Assembly (NCBI GenBank): GCA_965644495.1
Contig: CBFFSA010000012.1
Span: 186,001-250,000 of the forward strand
DNA from: Perkinsela sp. CCAP 1560/9
Taxonomy: Eukaryota; Protista; Euglenozoa: Kinetoplastea
Length of the DNA stretch: 64,000 bases
Direction of reading: 5' to 3'
Shown here: piece by piece, positions 20,680-33,057 of the stretch
How positions within the stretch are numbered: the first letter of the stretch is position 1
How the letters are laid out: each line of letters opens with the position of its first letter
The notes under the pieces: generated by a model
What the model was told of the DNA's origin: nothing
Databases searched by the model: none
The model's input: the letters and a program-made list of their open reading frames with translations, nothing else
Position numbers and translations under genes: made by a program

Positions 20680-20843
20680 ACCCCCCCCTTAAGCGCACCC
20701 GGTCAGACCCCCCCGTTTAGGCGCACATAAAGTTGAGGTGGAGTCTCCGGCGTCAAATTTTTTTTTATGTACTGATTCAGACCCCCCGTTAAAGCGCACT
20801 TTTCACGGAAAACGAGGTGCGCTTAACCGGGGGGGGGGGACAG
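20680..20843. mobile_element. pogo-like MITE remnant
   Basis: Repeated CCCCCCGTT(T/A)A(A/G)GCGCAC motifs, ending GTGCGCTTAACCGGGGGGGGGGGACAG-TA. Confidence 0.5.
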
Positions 20844-21439
20844 TATTTTATTCAGTTCACATTGTTCTTCTCTTGTGCTTAATTTTTTTGTAGGTTCATG
20901 TTACACAAATAACAGTCATTTAGATGGAGGCACAGGAGTAGGAAAGCTACTCAAACGATAAAGATACCGTTTCTGTAAAAAGGTTCGAATGTTGGACACA
21001 ACCCCGTAATGGGGATGTAAGTTCGTAACCTCGTCCTGGTCCTAACAACATTCATACAAAAGCTGTTTTCGTGTGTGGGGTGACGATGCTAGTTATAAAT
21101 TATATTCTTAATTCTGTATTTATTTTCCTATACTGCGACACCTATTTTATGTGTCTGGAGGCAAGGCCCAACTGTGAGCGAAGCCCACGTCTGCGAGCAA
21201 GGCCCAATTGTGAGCGGTAGCCCTGGGACAGAATTATATTTTTTGGCGACCCGCGCGCTCCACCGGCAATTTCAGAAAAACTATTCTGAAAATTTGGGAC
21301 CTCATCTACCATTCTACGACGTTTTTTACGTCAGATCTTCCTCCTACCCCTACTGGTAACTCCAAACACTCTTTTCTTCCCCTTCCACCTTTCTTTTTAT
21401 TCTTCTTGTCCCACCCACCCCCCCTACCCCCCCCTCCAC

Positions 21440-21925
21440 ATGAACGAATTCTACGCCCGCCGCCACGCCCTCCACGCCCTCCACTACGCCACCCAGCGTC
21501 TCCAGCCCCTCCTCTGGCGCACCGCCCGCGCCACCCGGGAGTCCCCCGACCTCCGCCTGCTCCTCTCCGAGCTCGCGCGGGTCACCGCGGCCCGCACCCC
21601 CGCCCTCCCGCTCCTCCCCCCCGGCCTCCACGACACGCTCGCCCCCCCGGTGCTCGCGGCGCTCCTGGACCACGGCGCGGCGCGGGTCAGTGCGCGCGGG
21701 GCCCACGCCCGGGCCGGCAGCCTGCTGTCCCAGCGCGTCGTGGACATGGGGTCGTTCCGGGAGAGCCTGCCGGGGGTGCGGGCCGCGGTGAGCGCGCAGG
21801 GGCTGATGGTGGAGGAGGTGGCGGCGGTGGAGGGGACGATGGTGAGGGACCCGGCGGGAGGAGCGGGGAGGGGGGAGGGGGGGGGGGAAAGGGGAGGGGA
21901 AGAGGAGGGGGGAGGAGAGGGGTAG
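21440..21925 (+). CDS. Hypothetical protein, GC-rich
   Basis: Strong third-position G/C bias in this frame; upstream polypyrimidine tract; purine-rich 3' flank. Confidence 0.6.
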   Translation: MNEFYARRHALHALHYATQRLQPLLWRTARATRESPDLRLLLSELARVTAARTPALPLLPPGLHDTLAPPVLAALLDHGAARVSARGAHARAGSLLSQRVVDMGSFRESLPGVRAAVSAQGLMVEEVAAVEGTMVRDPAGGAGRGEGGGERGGEEEGGGEG

Positions 21926-22582
21926 GAGAAAGGGGATAGAGAGGGGGGAATAGAGTATAGGGTGTGGTAGGGTAGGCTGCGGTGTGTGTTGGGTAATCAT
22001 ACCAACCATATGGGGGGGTAGGGTTTGGAGAGAGGAGGGAAGATTGGTGGGGAGTGAAAGAAAGGAGGGGATACGTGAAATTGAGGGTTGGAAATTTCAT
22101 GGGAAAATGGATAGAGAGTGTATACAGTACTTGTCCGATGGAATGGTGGGTGCTCTTCCTGGGGAGGTTTCACATGTCTTGCGAGAAGAAGGACATCTAC
22201 AGGGTTGTGTTAGTTTCTATCTCCCGATGTCCGTAAGGTTATTCCGTGTTACGTTGTGGTGGATCGTAAAGCAGCACCAAAAATCGTGATTTGCAGGCCG
22301 ATATGGCGGTGCACTCTGCCGGACCGAATTCAGGATATTCGGAATTTATAAGAACCACTGTAAATTCTTAAAATTCTATTGTAGAAATATAGACGTCCAG
22401 CGTAGCAGCTATCATGTTCTTAAAAAACTCTAAGAAAATAATGACGAATAAAATGCTTCTTTTCGGAACATCATTCGGCAGAATACTTCTTTTCAATGAT
22501 TCTTTTTTTTCGGAACGTCGTCCTTTGAACATTCGTTTAATAATAAATTATCTCACAAAACAAATTGATTTTCTTGTTGTAA

Positions 22583-23218
22583 ATGTCGCGCCCAAACCTG
22601 AATTTATTATTATACATGTATGTAGGAGCCTCGGATGAAATCAAAGTTCCTTCTCGTCTGGGTCGATTGAAAGCAGAACGCCCTCCAGAGTATGAATTAG
22701 CACTACTGACTCAGAACCTCGCAGAAAAGCACCACTCATGGGACACGAAGAAACCCGCTCACGAGTGGGAAGGTGTCACTTGTGATGAGCATGGCCAAGT
22801 GGTGCGAATTTGGTGGGCATTTCGCGGACTACGCAACACTCTGGGGTGGGAGCATTTTCCATCAACATTAGTTGAGTTTGGAGTAGAACCAAACAGACTC
22901 TGCGGAGCCGTATCTTGGGGAAGTCTCTCATCCAGTCTCGTGCATTTTTTATTACAAAATAATAATTTTTCAGGAAAAATCGACCTATAAGTTTTACCGC
23001 AAAGTTTAGAAAGGATTATTTTAAGCGAGAATTGTTTTGAAGGCGAAGTGACCTTTCATAAACTTCCATCCACTTTGTCTCATTTGGTGTTAAATTTGAA
23101 CCAAAATCTGTATGGTGAACTGGATATTTTCAAATTGCCGTCTATCCTTGGTTACCACGTTGGTGCGACGAAAATTAAGGTACTCAATGGTGGGGCATTC
23201 CGTGCCTACCGGTCCTGA
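22583..23218 (+). pseudogene. LRR gene with one in-frame stop (22988-22990)
   Basis: PAHEWEGVTC cap and LRR units continue in frame after TAA: IDL*VLPQSLERIILSENCFEG. Confidence 0.8.
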
Positions 23219-23647
23219 ACCACAACCGAACGCACAAAGTTGCACACAGGGTAGAAACAAAGTCTCTCTTTTTTATTACCTTTGCACCTCCACTTTTTCT
23301 AATTCGCCAACTAATGTACATTAGCCTATTGTACATTAGCATTTTAAAAGTGCTATGTAAACTAAAATGCTTTTATAAACAAAAAATTTTACCAGAGACT
23401 ATAGAAGAACAGCTCGAAGCGTTTAGAATGTTCGCATCTACGTAACGTGTATAATGGACACGCTAATCTGTACATTGTCCTTGTACTCTATCTTCTTATT
23501 GGCAAAATATTGAATTGGAAGTCTGAGAAAATCTTTGGATAAGGGGATTAAGAATTTATCTTAACCTAGACATGCAGAATAAAATAAAGTTCTCCGAAAG
23601 CTCTTTTTGTGCAACTATTTTTTAGAAAACATGCAAAGCAAAATACG

Positions 23648-24289
23648 ATGATCTCACGTGCCTTTTTACGTACTTCTGACACAGTTTCACGTTCTGCCAA
23701 AGTAGGGCGCATATTGGTTCCCCAGGAGTATAATTTAGAGCGATTTTTTGCAAACATTTCGAACCCTCATTGCTCGTGGACGACGAACACAACCGCCTGT
23801 GAATGGAAAGGCATACAGTGTGATACGAATGGAAATGTTAATCGCATAGAATTAGGAGTATCACCAATAATTTCATTTTTGACCGGCGAGAAGGATGAAT
23901 ATTACGGGACATTTACGTGGAGGTACATGCCTGATACGACATTGCACCTTGCTGTGGGCGAACTAAAGGGGATCAGCGGCGTATTGTCCATCGCAGACCT
24001 CGCGCCTAGTTTGTATTCTATTTTTATCACAAATTGTGCCCTTTACGGTTCCGTGGACTTGACGGTGCTTCCGCAGAAGTTGACGTGTTTGAGTCTCGAT
24101 GGGAATCGATTTTCCGGTGCACTGGATCTTACATCATTGCCCCAAGAGCTAATAATTTTGTGCTTACAGAGGAACTGTTTTGAAGGTGAAGTAAACCTTT
24201 CGAAACTTCCTGCTACATTAACTACTCTCGATTTGAGATCAAATTATATTCACATAGCATCAGTTATTCCGTCTTTCGTTTTCCTATGA
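23648..24289 (+). CDS. LRR protein
   Basis: PQEY-L, TTACEWKGIQC cap, DLTxLPxxLxxLxLxxNxFxG repeats. Confidence 0.85.
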   Translation: MISRAFLRTSDTVSRSAKVGRILVPQEYNLERFFANISNPHCSWTTNTTACEWKGIQCDTNGNVNRIELGVSPIISFLTGEKDEYYGTFTWRYMPDTTLHLAVGELKGISGVLSIADLAPSLYSIFITNCALYGSVDLTVLPQKLTCLSLDGNRFSGALDLTSLPQELIILCLQRNCFEGEVNLSKLPATLTTLDLRSNYIHIASVIPSFVFL

Positions 24290-24656
24290 TACGTGCATGT
24301 ACATGTACTTATGGTACGATACATACAGTATAAATTTATTTATGTACATGTGTTGCTTTTTCTGTAAAAGAAAGCAACACATTTTTCTCTCTTCAGAAGA
24401 AATTTTTCTTTAAAAGCAAAGTCGGTACTCAAAAACGAATTTTCTGACTGACACTGACTGACCGGCTATCATGAACTCACACGGATTAGCACTGACGGAT
24501 TGCGTAGTATCCATTGTACGGTTATACAGTATTCTTTCTCCTTACATTTCTATAATTTTTGGCGACAAATATTGAAGCTTATCTTACTTATGTCGTGCTG
24601 ATTTTGAATATTACAGTTCTTATCTTTCAAACGAAATCTTCAATACGCGGTTCTAA

Positions 24657-25268
24657 ATGGATGTTTCACGTGCCGGAAAAGTGCACAGTGTGGTGATTCC
24701 TCAAGAATATGTTTTGATGCAACTGCTTGAGAATGTGACGTACAAAGAATCAACCTGGAACGCGAATACTCCAGCGTGTCGATGGAAACATGTTTCGTGC
24801 AATCATGAGCAGCAAATTTCCGTCCTAGACTGGGGGCACAACGGAGTATACTCTTACCAAAGTCCGGAGTTGCAGGGCAGTTTTATGTGGCGCTATTTAC
24901 CATACTCACTTCGAGTATTTCGTGCTTTTCGTCAAAGATTGTGTGGCACTTTATCGTTGTGCGAGCTTCCTTATCGTCTTCGTGTTTTCGAGATAGACGA
25001 GAACCGTCACTACGGAGTGCTGGATCTGACTTCACTGCCTCAGGCCATGGAATGCTTGCACTTACGTGCCAACCAGTTTGAGGGTAATGTTGTGCTTACA
25101 GCTCTTCCTGCAAAATTACTCGCCCTTGATTTGTCACAGAATCAATTTACGGGAAGTGTTGATCTCTCCGCCTTGCCCCGTGTGGTACAGCGCTTGAACC
25201 TTTCTGGAAACAAATTACATCTCACCCCTTGGATAGGAAAGTGTCCACCTGAAATCAAATTAGAGTGA
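24657..25268 (+). CDS. LRR protein
   Basis: RAGKV-PQEY, TPACRWKHVSC cap, LRR repeats. Confidence 0.85.
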   Translation: MDVSRAGKVHSVVIPQEYVLMQLLENVTYKESTWNANTPACRWKHVSCNHEQQISVLDWGHNGVYSYQSPELQGSFMWRYLPYSLRVFRAFRQRLCGTLSLCELPYRLRVFEIDENRHYGVLDLTSLPQAMECLHLRANQFEGNVVLTALPAKLLALDLSQNQFTGSVDLSALPRVVQRLNLSGNKLHLTPWIGKCPPEIKLE

Positions 25269-25346
25269 GAACGGCATGGAATTCGCAAGGCTTTGTTTCT
25301 CTTTTTATCAACTGGTAAGGGGCATTAAGCGTCGTCCTGTTTTTTG

Positions 25347-26008
25347 TGCTTTACGACAGTTACCGATGACCGTATAAAAAATTAACAGTGGAACCTACTC
25401 TACGACTCACATGGTCATTCGTACATTTAAAACGAGAAACTAAACTTTACGGGCAATGTTAACTTATATTGTATCAAAAAAATGTCGATTTCTATTTTTT
25501 GGTATCTAGATTTTAGGTGCCTTGGTTCCTTATTTTTTCTTGTTTTTTCTGGCATGTGTATTTGTTTTGATCTCAGCTGCGTACTCAGATGGAGACATGC
25601 TGGGGACAATCCGTAGGACTTTGCGCCTTCCTTAAAAAATCACCAAATAGTTCTGGACGAACCTTTCCCTAATGATAACACACCAGGTATACCACACAAA
25701 GGAAATGAGTCATTCTTCGTACGTCGCAGAAGGACTGAATACACAAAGTTTTGAAAGGGACTGCGCAGTTAGGCTCTCTATTTTTCGGATGTACAAGAGG
25801 AAAAGAGGATATTATTTCGAAGACTGGTCCAAAGAAAATATTTTTGATAGAGTTCAACTTGTCCAAACTTCCACGAATAAAAATGCGATGGGCAATACGT
25901 TCAGTGCTTTACGTCAGTTGCCGATGACCTTATAAAAAATTATCAGTGGAACCTACTCAACGACTCACATGGTCATTCGTACTTTTAAAACGAGAAACTA
26001 AACTTTAC
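25347..26008 (+). repeat. ~100-bp direct repeat pair (25347-25450 and 25905-26008)
   Basis: CAGTGGAACCTACTC-ACGACTCACATGGTCATTCGTAC-AAAACGAGAAACTAAACTTTAC present twice. Confidence 0.8.
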
Positions 26009-26195
26009 CGTGCCCTAAGAGGAACGTAATTCGAAATTTGTATGATTTGCTCTACATTCATTTATTTTTACAGTGGTACCATCTCTCGCACTACTCTTGA
26101 TTAATTAAAAGGAAGTGGGTAAAAGGTAACAAAAAAAGAAGGATCCTTAAAAAATAAACTCATTTCGCCCATTCCAACTTCAAAGCCAATATATA

Positions 26196-27250
26196 CAGTG
26201 GTGATCAGCCTCTTTTACCCCCCTACAGGTCTTGTATTTTATCCTATTTTGGAAATATTTGATATGGGACTGTTTTTCGACCCAATCGTTCCGAATCCGA
26301 GGTCCTTTTCACTCGTGGATACCTGTATCATGCCTAAGCTTAAAAAAAGTGCAAAAAGACCGATGTTTTTTACAGAGTAGATTTTTTTCAAAATTAACAG
26401 CTTTTTTTGGTGATTCATGACGAAGAGGCACCGCCTCCTGTGTTTACCTTCCTCCCGCGTGCGCTCCGAGATGCGTACGGCACTCGTAATCGATTACGAG
26501 CGACTTAAGTACTATAAGGCAGTCGCAAAACTCCATAAACTTGCCCCCAGGACTGTAAAGTATTGGGTGCGGAAGTATGAGGATCACGGACACGTCAGTA
26601 CTCCACCTCGGTAGTGGGTGTGCATGGTCCTTACACAAAGGTACGTTGAAGCATGAGTTTCTGCGTGCCAGAGAGTGTCGCAGGATACCGTGGAGGGTTG
26701 TCCTACGTTCTCCGTTGTGCATCACGAGGTGCGAAGCGAGCACGGAGGCTCCCTGAGTAGTGTCCGGAGGGCTCTTAATTTTAAGGGCTATGGGCGCCTT
26801 CGCAAGGCCAAAGACCTTGGTCTCAAACCGCGTCACATACAACTCCGTCTTAAGTGTGAAGGACACGCTTAAGTGGAGTGACGCTGACTACCTGAACATT
26901 GTTTTTACCGATGAAAAACTGTTCAGTTGCTGTGCGGGGTCAAACGCCGACTTTTACGTCGGTCGCACGCAAGCACCTCGTCTGAGGCAATCGGACCGGC
27001 CGGGAAAACATCTTGGGGGGAAGGGGATAATGGTGAGGATGGGGTATTCCTTTAACTTTGGTCTGTTCTTCTTCGTCTTCGAGAGAGAACAGCGTGCCTC
27101 TGTTAACTCCGAACAGATTTTGTTGGCTTACGACGAGAGTGGCATGGCAAGTTTTTTTCGTTCGCACCGGAAGGCCATCCTTCAAATGGACAACGCCCCC
27201 ACCCATTCGATTGTTAAAAAAAAGTATCTGAAACGTAGTAGTATCTGTCG
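26196..27250 (+). mobile_element. Truncated Tc1/IS630-like element with fragmented transposase (26417-27240)
   Basis: TA-CAGTGG start; HTH TVKYWVRKYEDHG, FTDEK, LQMDNAPTH. Confidence 0.75.
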
Positions 27251-27254
27251 CATA

Positions 27255-27996
27255 CAGGGGTGTAAATTTGGACGTGGGGGGGTCTAAAGTTTGTAAAACT
27301 TGGCCAATTTTGGAAAATTATAGCGCATTCGAGAGCTCTCGAACTGGGCTCATGAACGTGCATGTACGGCATCTGCGTTAATTAGAATTTCGAGTGCACG
27401 TAAAAAAAAATTAGTTTTTTGGGAGGTAAAATTTTGCATTTTTCACAGTTTTTCTGATTTCTCCCCTGATTAATGCTACAAAGATGGGGTTGTGGGCCAT
27501 CACCCGAACACAAAGACTACGAAAGGGTTTATTCTTCGCCTGGGCACGTAAAAGCAAGCTGGTGCATGGTTCTTGTTGCGGATTACGAAACAACACAATC
27601 TTTTTCGCGCTAAAAAATCATGTTCCATAGTGGGCGACTCCAAAAATGGTTGAGCCCCTCGGAATAGTGCAGATTTGATCATTGCGATCGAAGCAGCGTT
27701 TCAAGGCCCATGAAAATGCCATGAAGAGCTTTCGAAAGCGATGCTGTATTGTGATTGGGATTAATCGACGATAATAGCAATTATAATTTTTTTTTTCGAT
27801 ATTTGCTATTGTTTTAGAAAGTTGCAAATAGCTTTTGGGGGCGCTTTGTCTAGGGGGCAATACCCCCTTGTGCATAGTTCGGCCTTGTTACGTTCATGAG
27901 CCCTGTTCGGGAGCTCTCGAATGCGCTATTATTTTCCAAAATTGGCTAAGTTTTACAAATTTTAGACCCCCCCCCACATCCAAATTTACACCCCTG
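27255..27996. mobile_element. Tc1-type MITE with ~105-bp TIRs
   Basis: CAGGGGTGTAAATTTGGACGTGGGGGGGTCTAAA / TTTAGACCCCCCCCCACATCCAAATTTACACCCCTG, TA TSD; remnant of a transposase C-terminus (FRKRC). Confidence 0.85.
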
Positions 27997-27999
27997 TAT

Positions 28000-28194
28000 A
28001 TTTCCCCGCTATCACTGTCATTAACGGAACGAAACTGGCAATCAAAGTCGAATAAAGTCAATCAAACCCGAGCTATGTAAGTGTCGTATACATTTCCCCG
28101 CTACCACTGTCATTAACGGAACGAAACTGGCAATCAAAGTCGAATAAAGTCAACCCGAGCTGGCAATCAAAGTCGAATAAAGTCAACCCGAGCT
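28000..28194 (+). repeat. Local tandem duplication
   Basis: TTTCCCCGCTA-CACTGTCATTAACGGAACGAAACTGGCAATCAAAGTCGAATAAAGTCAA-CCCGAGCT twice plus a partial third copy. Confidence 0.8.
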
Positions 28195-28515
28195 GAACTG
28201 ATCTCCGAAATTGTTTTCCTAAGTGAAAATTACGACATACATGATTATATGCTCTTATTAGTTGTAAGACGTAACTTACAAGCCACTTACCCCAGGGTGT
28301 GTACATGGCAAACACCGTGTTTTTTTCCGAAGAGTTTTTTATTTCTGGAGTTCGAGGAAGTGTTTCTTCCATACTTCATTGTATGGCCCTCATTGTACGT
28401 ATGATCACATACTTTGAAGGAGAAAGCTAATGTCACGCTTTCTCAATAAACTACCTACTAGTTCCAATGGTATTTCAACAGCTATAAAACAATTCTTTTT
28501 TTAATTGCAGCCACA

Positions 28516-29484
28516 ATGTTCAATCTGATACTGGTTTGTTTTATTTTTGCAGTAGACGATTCTCCGCAGCCACCTCCGCAAAAGCGTCGAAAATTCGGTA
28601 GCAAAGTTAGCTCGGTTACAATGTCCGAAACTGACATGATGCGTCGGCTCATCCAGTATGTCGAGGGCCAGCCTCCAACATGGAAAAAGCGAGCTTCCGC
28701 ATGTTCTTGGAAAGGAGTGAAGTGTAACCGTGAGTCACAAGTCACACACCTTCAGTGGAAGCGCTTGGGTCTCTCTGGAAATCTCACATGGCAATTTCTG
28801 CCTCCACATGTAGTAGAGGTTAACGTACAACGTGATATGTTCAGGGACCCGACAAAACTGGAAGGGACATTATCCTCCACCGATTTGACCGCCCTAATGG
28901 AGTACTTTAATGTTGAAGCGCATCACCATCACGGAGTATTCGGATTCACAACACTTCCAGCACCGATGGAAACTCTCATTCTATCAACGAACCGATTGGA
29001 GGGTCCCGTCGATCTCACTCAGCTACCTCCTAATATGGAACAAATTCATGCTGACCGCAATTTATTCGAGGGCACGATAGACCTTTCAGCATTACCTGCA
29101 ACAATGCGTCAGCTTTCGCTGAATTTTAATCAATTAAGTGGTACGCTTGATCTTGTACACCTTCCGTGTACAATGCACAGGCTTTACCTCGGACACAACA
29201 AGTTTGAAGGGAAACTGGATGTCTCTTCACTTCCCTCAAGGCTAGAAAGTCTTAATGTTTCGAATAATGAACTCGAGGGAGATGTGGACTTAACAGCGTC
29301 AGGTTTAGATGAAAAATACATTTATCTGAAGGGCAACGCCATTGAGGCTGTGATCTACGAAAAAGGGGATTCTAGAAGCCGTCATGAAATGGACAGTTCT
29401 GTAACCAGATATACCCCAGAAAGCTACGCACTTAAAAAGACGAAAATTTCACATAAATCCGAAAGCGATGGACAGTTAACGTGA
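28516..29484 (+). CDS. LRR protein, triplicate copy 1 (hydrophobic N-terminus, KRRK motif)
   Basis: 322-aa ORF, CSWKGVKC cap, ~7 LRR units. Confidence 0.9.
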   Translation: MFNLILVCFIFAVDDSPQPPPQKRRKFGSKVSSVTMSETDMMRRLIQYVEGQPPTWKKRASACSWKGVKCNRESQVTHLQWKRLGLSGNLTWQFLPPHVVEVNVQRDMFRDPTKLEGTLSSTDLTALMEYFNVEAHHHHGVFGFTTLPAPMETLILSTNRLEGPVDLTQLPPNMEQIHADRNLFEGTIDLSALPATMRQLSLNFNQLSGTLDLVHLPCTMHRLYLGHNKFEGKLDVSSLPSRLESLNVSNNELEGDVDLTASGLDEKYIYLKGNAIEAVIYEKGDSRSRHEMDSSVTRYTPESYALKKTKISHKSESDGQLT

Positions 29485-29688
29485 CTACGTTTCTCGTAGT
29501 AGGCCTTCAACCTTCTTATATTTTGTAAAATAATATGAATTATTTGATTGCGTATCCGGGCGAAGTGTTCATGAGGTAGGAAGTGAACATTCAGCAAGTG
29601 CATCGGTGGAAGGCAAGAACACTGAAGAAATATTGCTATAAAATAAGTATACTCGCAAGTACAGTATAGTGTAAGTAGTAAGTAAGTA

Positions 29689-30298
29689 CTGTACCACCCC
29701 TGGTTATCTGTCACCCCCCCACCCCCCCCTATTTACCTCCCCCCCTGTCGCTTTTCGGCACTTCGAATATTTTTTTTTCGTCGACCACCACCCCTAGTTA
29801 TCTGTCGCTTTTTTTCAAAAAAAAATGAAGAAGTTAAAAAGTTAAGTATGAGCGAAACTTCTATGTCTTTTTCTGTTCTGTTTTTAGGCAAATAGTCTTG
29901 CGTGGAGTTCTACCATAGAAAATGGAAAGCAGGAGTCGGAGCTCGTTAGCTTCGTCATCTCCATCGCCCCCCTCCTCATCCCCATCATTGTCCCCTTCGT
30001 TATCCACTCCATCATCCCCTTCAGCATTCCCTTCATCATCCGCTTCACTCCCTGGGCTTCTTTTAACCCGTAGACGCATGTCTTCAGCTTACAGTACCCC
30101 ACTGGGGTAGAAAGGAATCTTCCTAGGCAATAAAGATACCGTTTCTGTAACATTTCGTTCCCTCGCTTTTTTGGTGACGGACCCCCCTAGATATCTGTCG
30201 CACTTTGACCCCCCTAGTTATCTGTCGCACCCCTACCCCCCCTAGTTATCTGTCACCTTTTCTCGAAAAGTAGCGACAGATAACTAGGGGGGGTACAG
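29689..30298 (-). mobile_element. pogo-like non-autonomous element with acidic ORF remnant
   Basis: TIRs CTGTACCACCCCTGGTTATCTGTC / GACAGATAACTAGGGGGGGTACAG, TA TSD; internal CCCCTAGTTATCTGTC repeats. Confidence 0.8.
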
Positions 30299-30346
30299 TA
30301 CTAGGTAAAAAGAAATTTCAATACAGTACAAATTTCGATGAGCGCT

Positions 30347-31385
30347 GATATTTTTTATGTAGTGATTCAGACTCCCCCTTTTAAACGCACCTTTAAGCGG
30401 GCTGCACTTAAACGGCGGAGAACAGATTTTTTTAACGAAGATACATCGGGGAGTGTAACAGTAATTCTATCAATACATCAGTCAGCGTATACTCTGTCTA
30501 GAAGACGAAGAATAGGTTACATTTTCTTTTGAAATATTTCGTTTTTGTGCCACCGTTTCTTTTTGCCCGACGAAGCAACGCAGATCCTTTTCTTTTCTAC
30601 TTTTATAGAAATTAAGTCATAAGTCGAACAATGTGTTCAAGAAAGGCGCCGTATACAATACGGCCGCGCAACATCACATCGGGTAACGCAAGTCACAATG
30701 TTGTAGGCTCCTAAGTAAAGGAAAAATGTCACTCAATGCTTTATAATGTACTGAATTTTACTGCGTTCCGCATTCCATCGTCCACGGCCGTGTGCGCATT
30801 GACCAGAGATGCCCCTTCCAGAAGCGCACATTCACAAGCAGGTTCTGAAAAGGGTTAAGAAAATCATCAGTCGCGATTGCCCGTTCCCTTTCTATGCCGA
30901 ATAATTTGAATGGATATGTCGCAGCTAGGACTTTTTTACCCGGACTCAACTTACACATTGGTAAAACATTATCCTATTGAGGGAGATACTACTTCCTCGC
31001 TACCCTATATTGCTAATCGAATTTCGCCCGACAAGACATTTTCCGGAAAAACAATTTCCGCAAAGAATCAAAGGCAACATAAACTGATATTTTTAAAAAA
31101 GAAAAATAAACTTTTGGAAGACTCGAGACCCCCTTCTTCGGAAGCGATTTACAAATTTCTATTCGCCTTTTTTCATCAGCTCACTTTTTCAACATGCTTT
31201 TTTCAGGCTAAAGTAGACGAGGGAGATACCAATAGTAGATGCGGCAGTTTCCCACTGGAAATTTTGTTGATTGTAACGGAAGATTTTGTGTTGATCCAGG
31301 AAAGCAGTCGTCTGTTATCCTTCGAGGAAAAAGAGACTCTGTAACGGCGGCTGAGACGGCTGGTGGGGCATAAGGTTACTCAAAA
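30347..31385 (+). repeat. Duplicated segment, second copy at ~51841-52560
   Basis: Near-identical blocks such as GATACATCGGGGAGTGTAACAGTAATTCTATC...; this copy has extra sequence at ~30975-31305. Confidence 0.85.
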
Positions 31386-31406
31386 TGTGGGGATCACAGT
31401 AATTTA

Positions 31407-31499
31407 TCTCTTCGTTAAACGCGGTGGTTGTTTTCAACGTAGAAGTCACTCATGCTGCGCGCTTCGCGTTGAAAACTACCTCCGCGTTTAACGAAGAGA
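31407..31499. repeat. ~93-bp inverted repeat (hairpin or mini-MITE)
   Basis: TCTCTTCGTTAAACGCGGTGGTTGTTTTCAACG ... CGTTGAAAACTACCTCCGCGTTTAACGAAGAGA. Confidence 0.75.
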
Positions 31500-33057
31500 C
31501 TAAAAAAGAAAAATTGGCCAGGGACGCTGAAGAAAACGGAAGGATTTGAGCCAAAAATAGCCGATTTTTAGGTAAAACTGGTGTGATTTTTGCGTGTTTT
31601 TGCTCTCAGAGCACTAAATTCGACGTTTGCGTGTGGAAAATCACTCGTAGGCATGCGTTCAAGAGTACGAAACGTATTGGGTAGAGAATACGACTACAAC
31701 CACGCCATTCTTCCGACCCAAAAAGACCCCTTTGGGCCCGAAAATTACTTTTTCGCATTTTTTAGTCAAAAAAATACCACGGCTTCACGAAGCGACATCT
31801 CACGAAAACAATGGCGTAGAAAGCGAGAATAAGTCCCAAACTATCAAAATACAGTAGGCGAAACAATTTTGGAATCTTTTTCAAGTTGAAAACTTTTTCA
31901 AAAAAGAAAATCCGAAAAAATCCGAAAAAAAAAGGTCCGAAATTGTCGGACCCGTCCTGCGGATACAAGGGGGGGACACCCCCGAGTAGGGGGGTGGAAA
32001 ATGCGCTCCAAGACCCCGGCTACCCCTTCTGCGCTTTTATTTCGAAAAATAATTTTTTCAAAAAAAAATCGTGCGGTATGCCCCCCCCTGGACCCCCCCC
32101 CTGGACCCCCTAAGGGTCCGAATTTTTTTGAAAATTTTTGGACCACGGGAGCCCCTTTAATATATTTTTCTTCTATTATATTACTGTGTTCCTCTTTATA
32201 TTTTCACTGTTTTTGTTCACTTTTTTTCAATAATCGAGGGTAGAGCGGTACTTATACAACCACCGCAATTGTCCGAAGTTGGTACCCGAAGTGCTTTTCT
32301 AAAAAGAATATAAAAAAGTAAAAATCAATTAGGTCCCACTACAAAACTTTTCTTCAGCTTCAATTTTGTGCGTATTAAAGGGGGGTAAGGGGGGATGCAT
32401 ATTGAAGAGGGGGGTCACAGTATAAATAAGAAACTAATTGCGTACACTGAAGATCAAAAGCTGCAAATTTCATGGATACATTTCTGTTTGATCGCCATCT
32501 GACTCACTTCTTATCAGAAGATCTAATTCATCTCTCTCAAACGAATCTTCCTCATAAGCACCGCTTGTCGGGTGAACTGAAGCAAATTTAGCCTTTTCAC
32601 GTTCAGAATTTTTCTTCATTTTTCGGGATGATTTTTTCCCCTTTTATAAACTAGTAGGTTCATTTTTAGATTTTTGGTGATTCTTTTATGCCTTGTCAAG
32701 GGTGTGTTAGGTTTTCTTGTCGGCGTGACCTCATATTAAACAAAGTAGCTCTTTAGACCGAGGAAATCGAATGGATCAAAAGTCATAAGCTGGTAGTCCT
32801 GAAAGTTTTGCGCTACAGAAAAGTACACAAGTCGCCCTAACACATGAAACCCATCTAATCTAATCTAATTTTGCACCCATTTGGCCTTGACAGGCTATGG
32901 GTCCTCTACCGTCCACGCGAGGGGGCTCGACGGCTCGGATGTTACTCCGATGCGTGTCCGGAATGCTGGTTTGAAGAGGAACGCCGATGATGTCATGCTA
33001 AGAATCTTGGAGAACTTACAGACTCATTGCATTCACCTTTAAGTATATTCATCTTAC

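Noticed and set aside
21350-22100. Pro/Gly-rich alternative-frame ORFs
   Set aside because: By-products of extreme GC skew; only 21440-21925 shows coding-type codon bias
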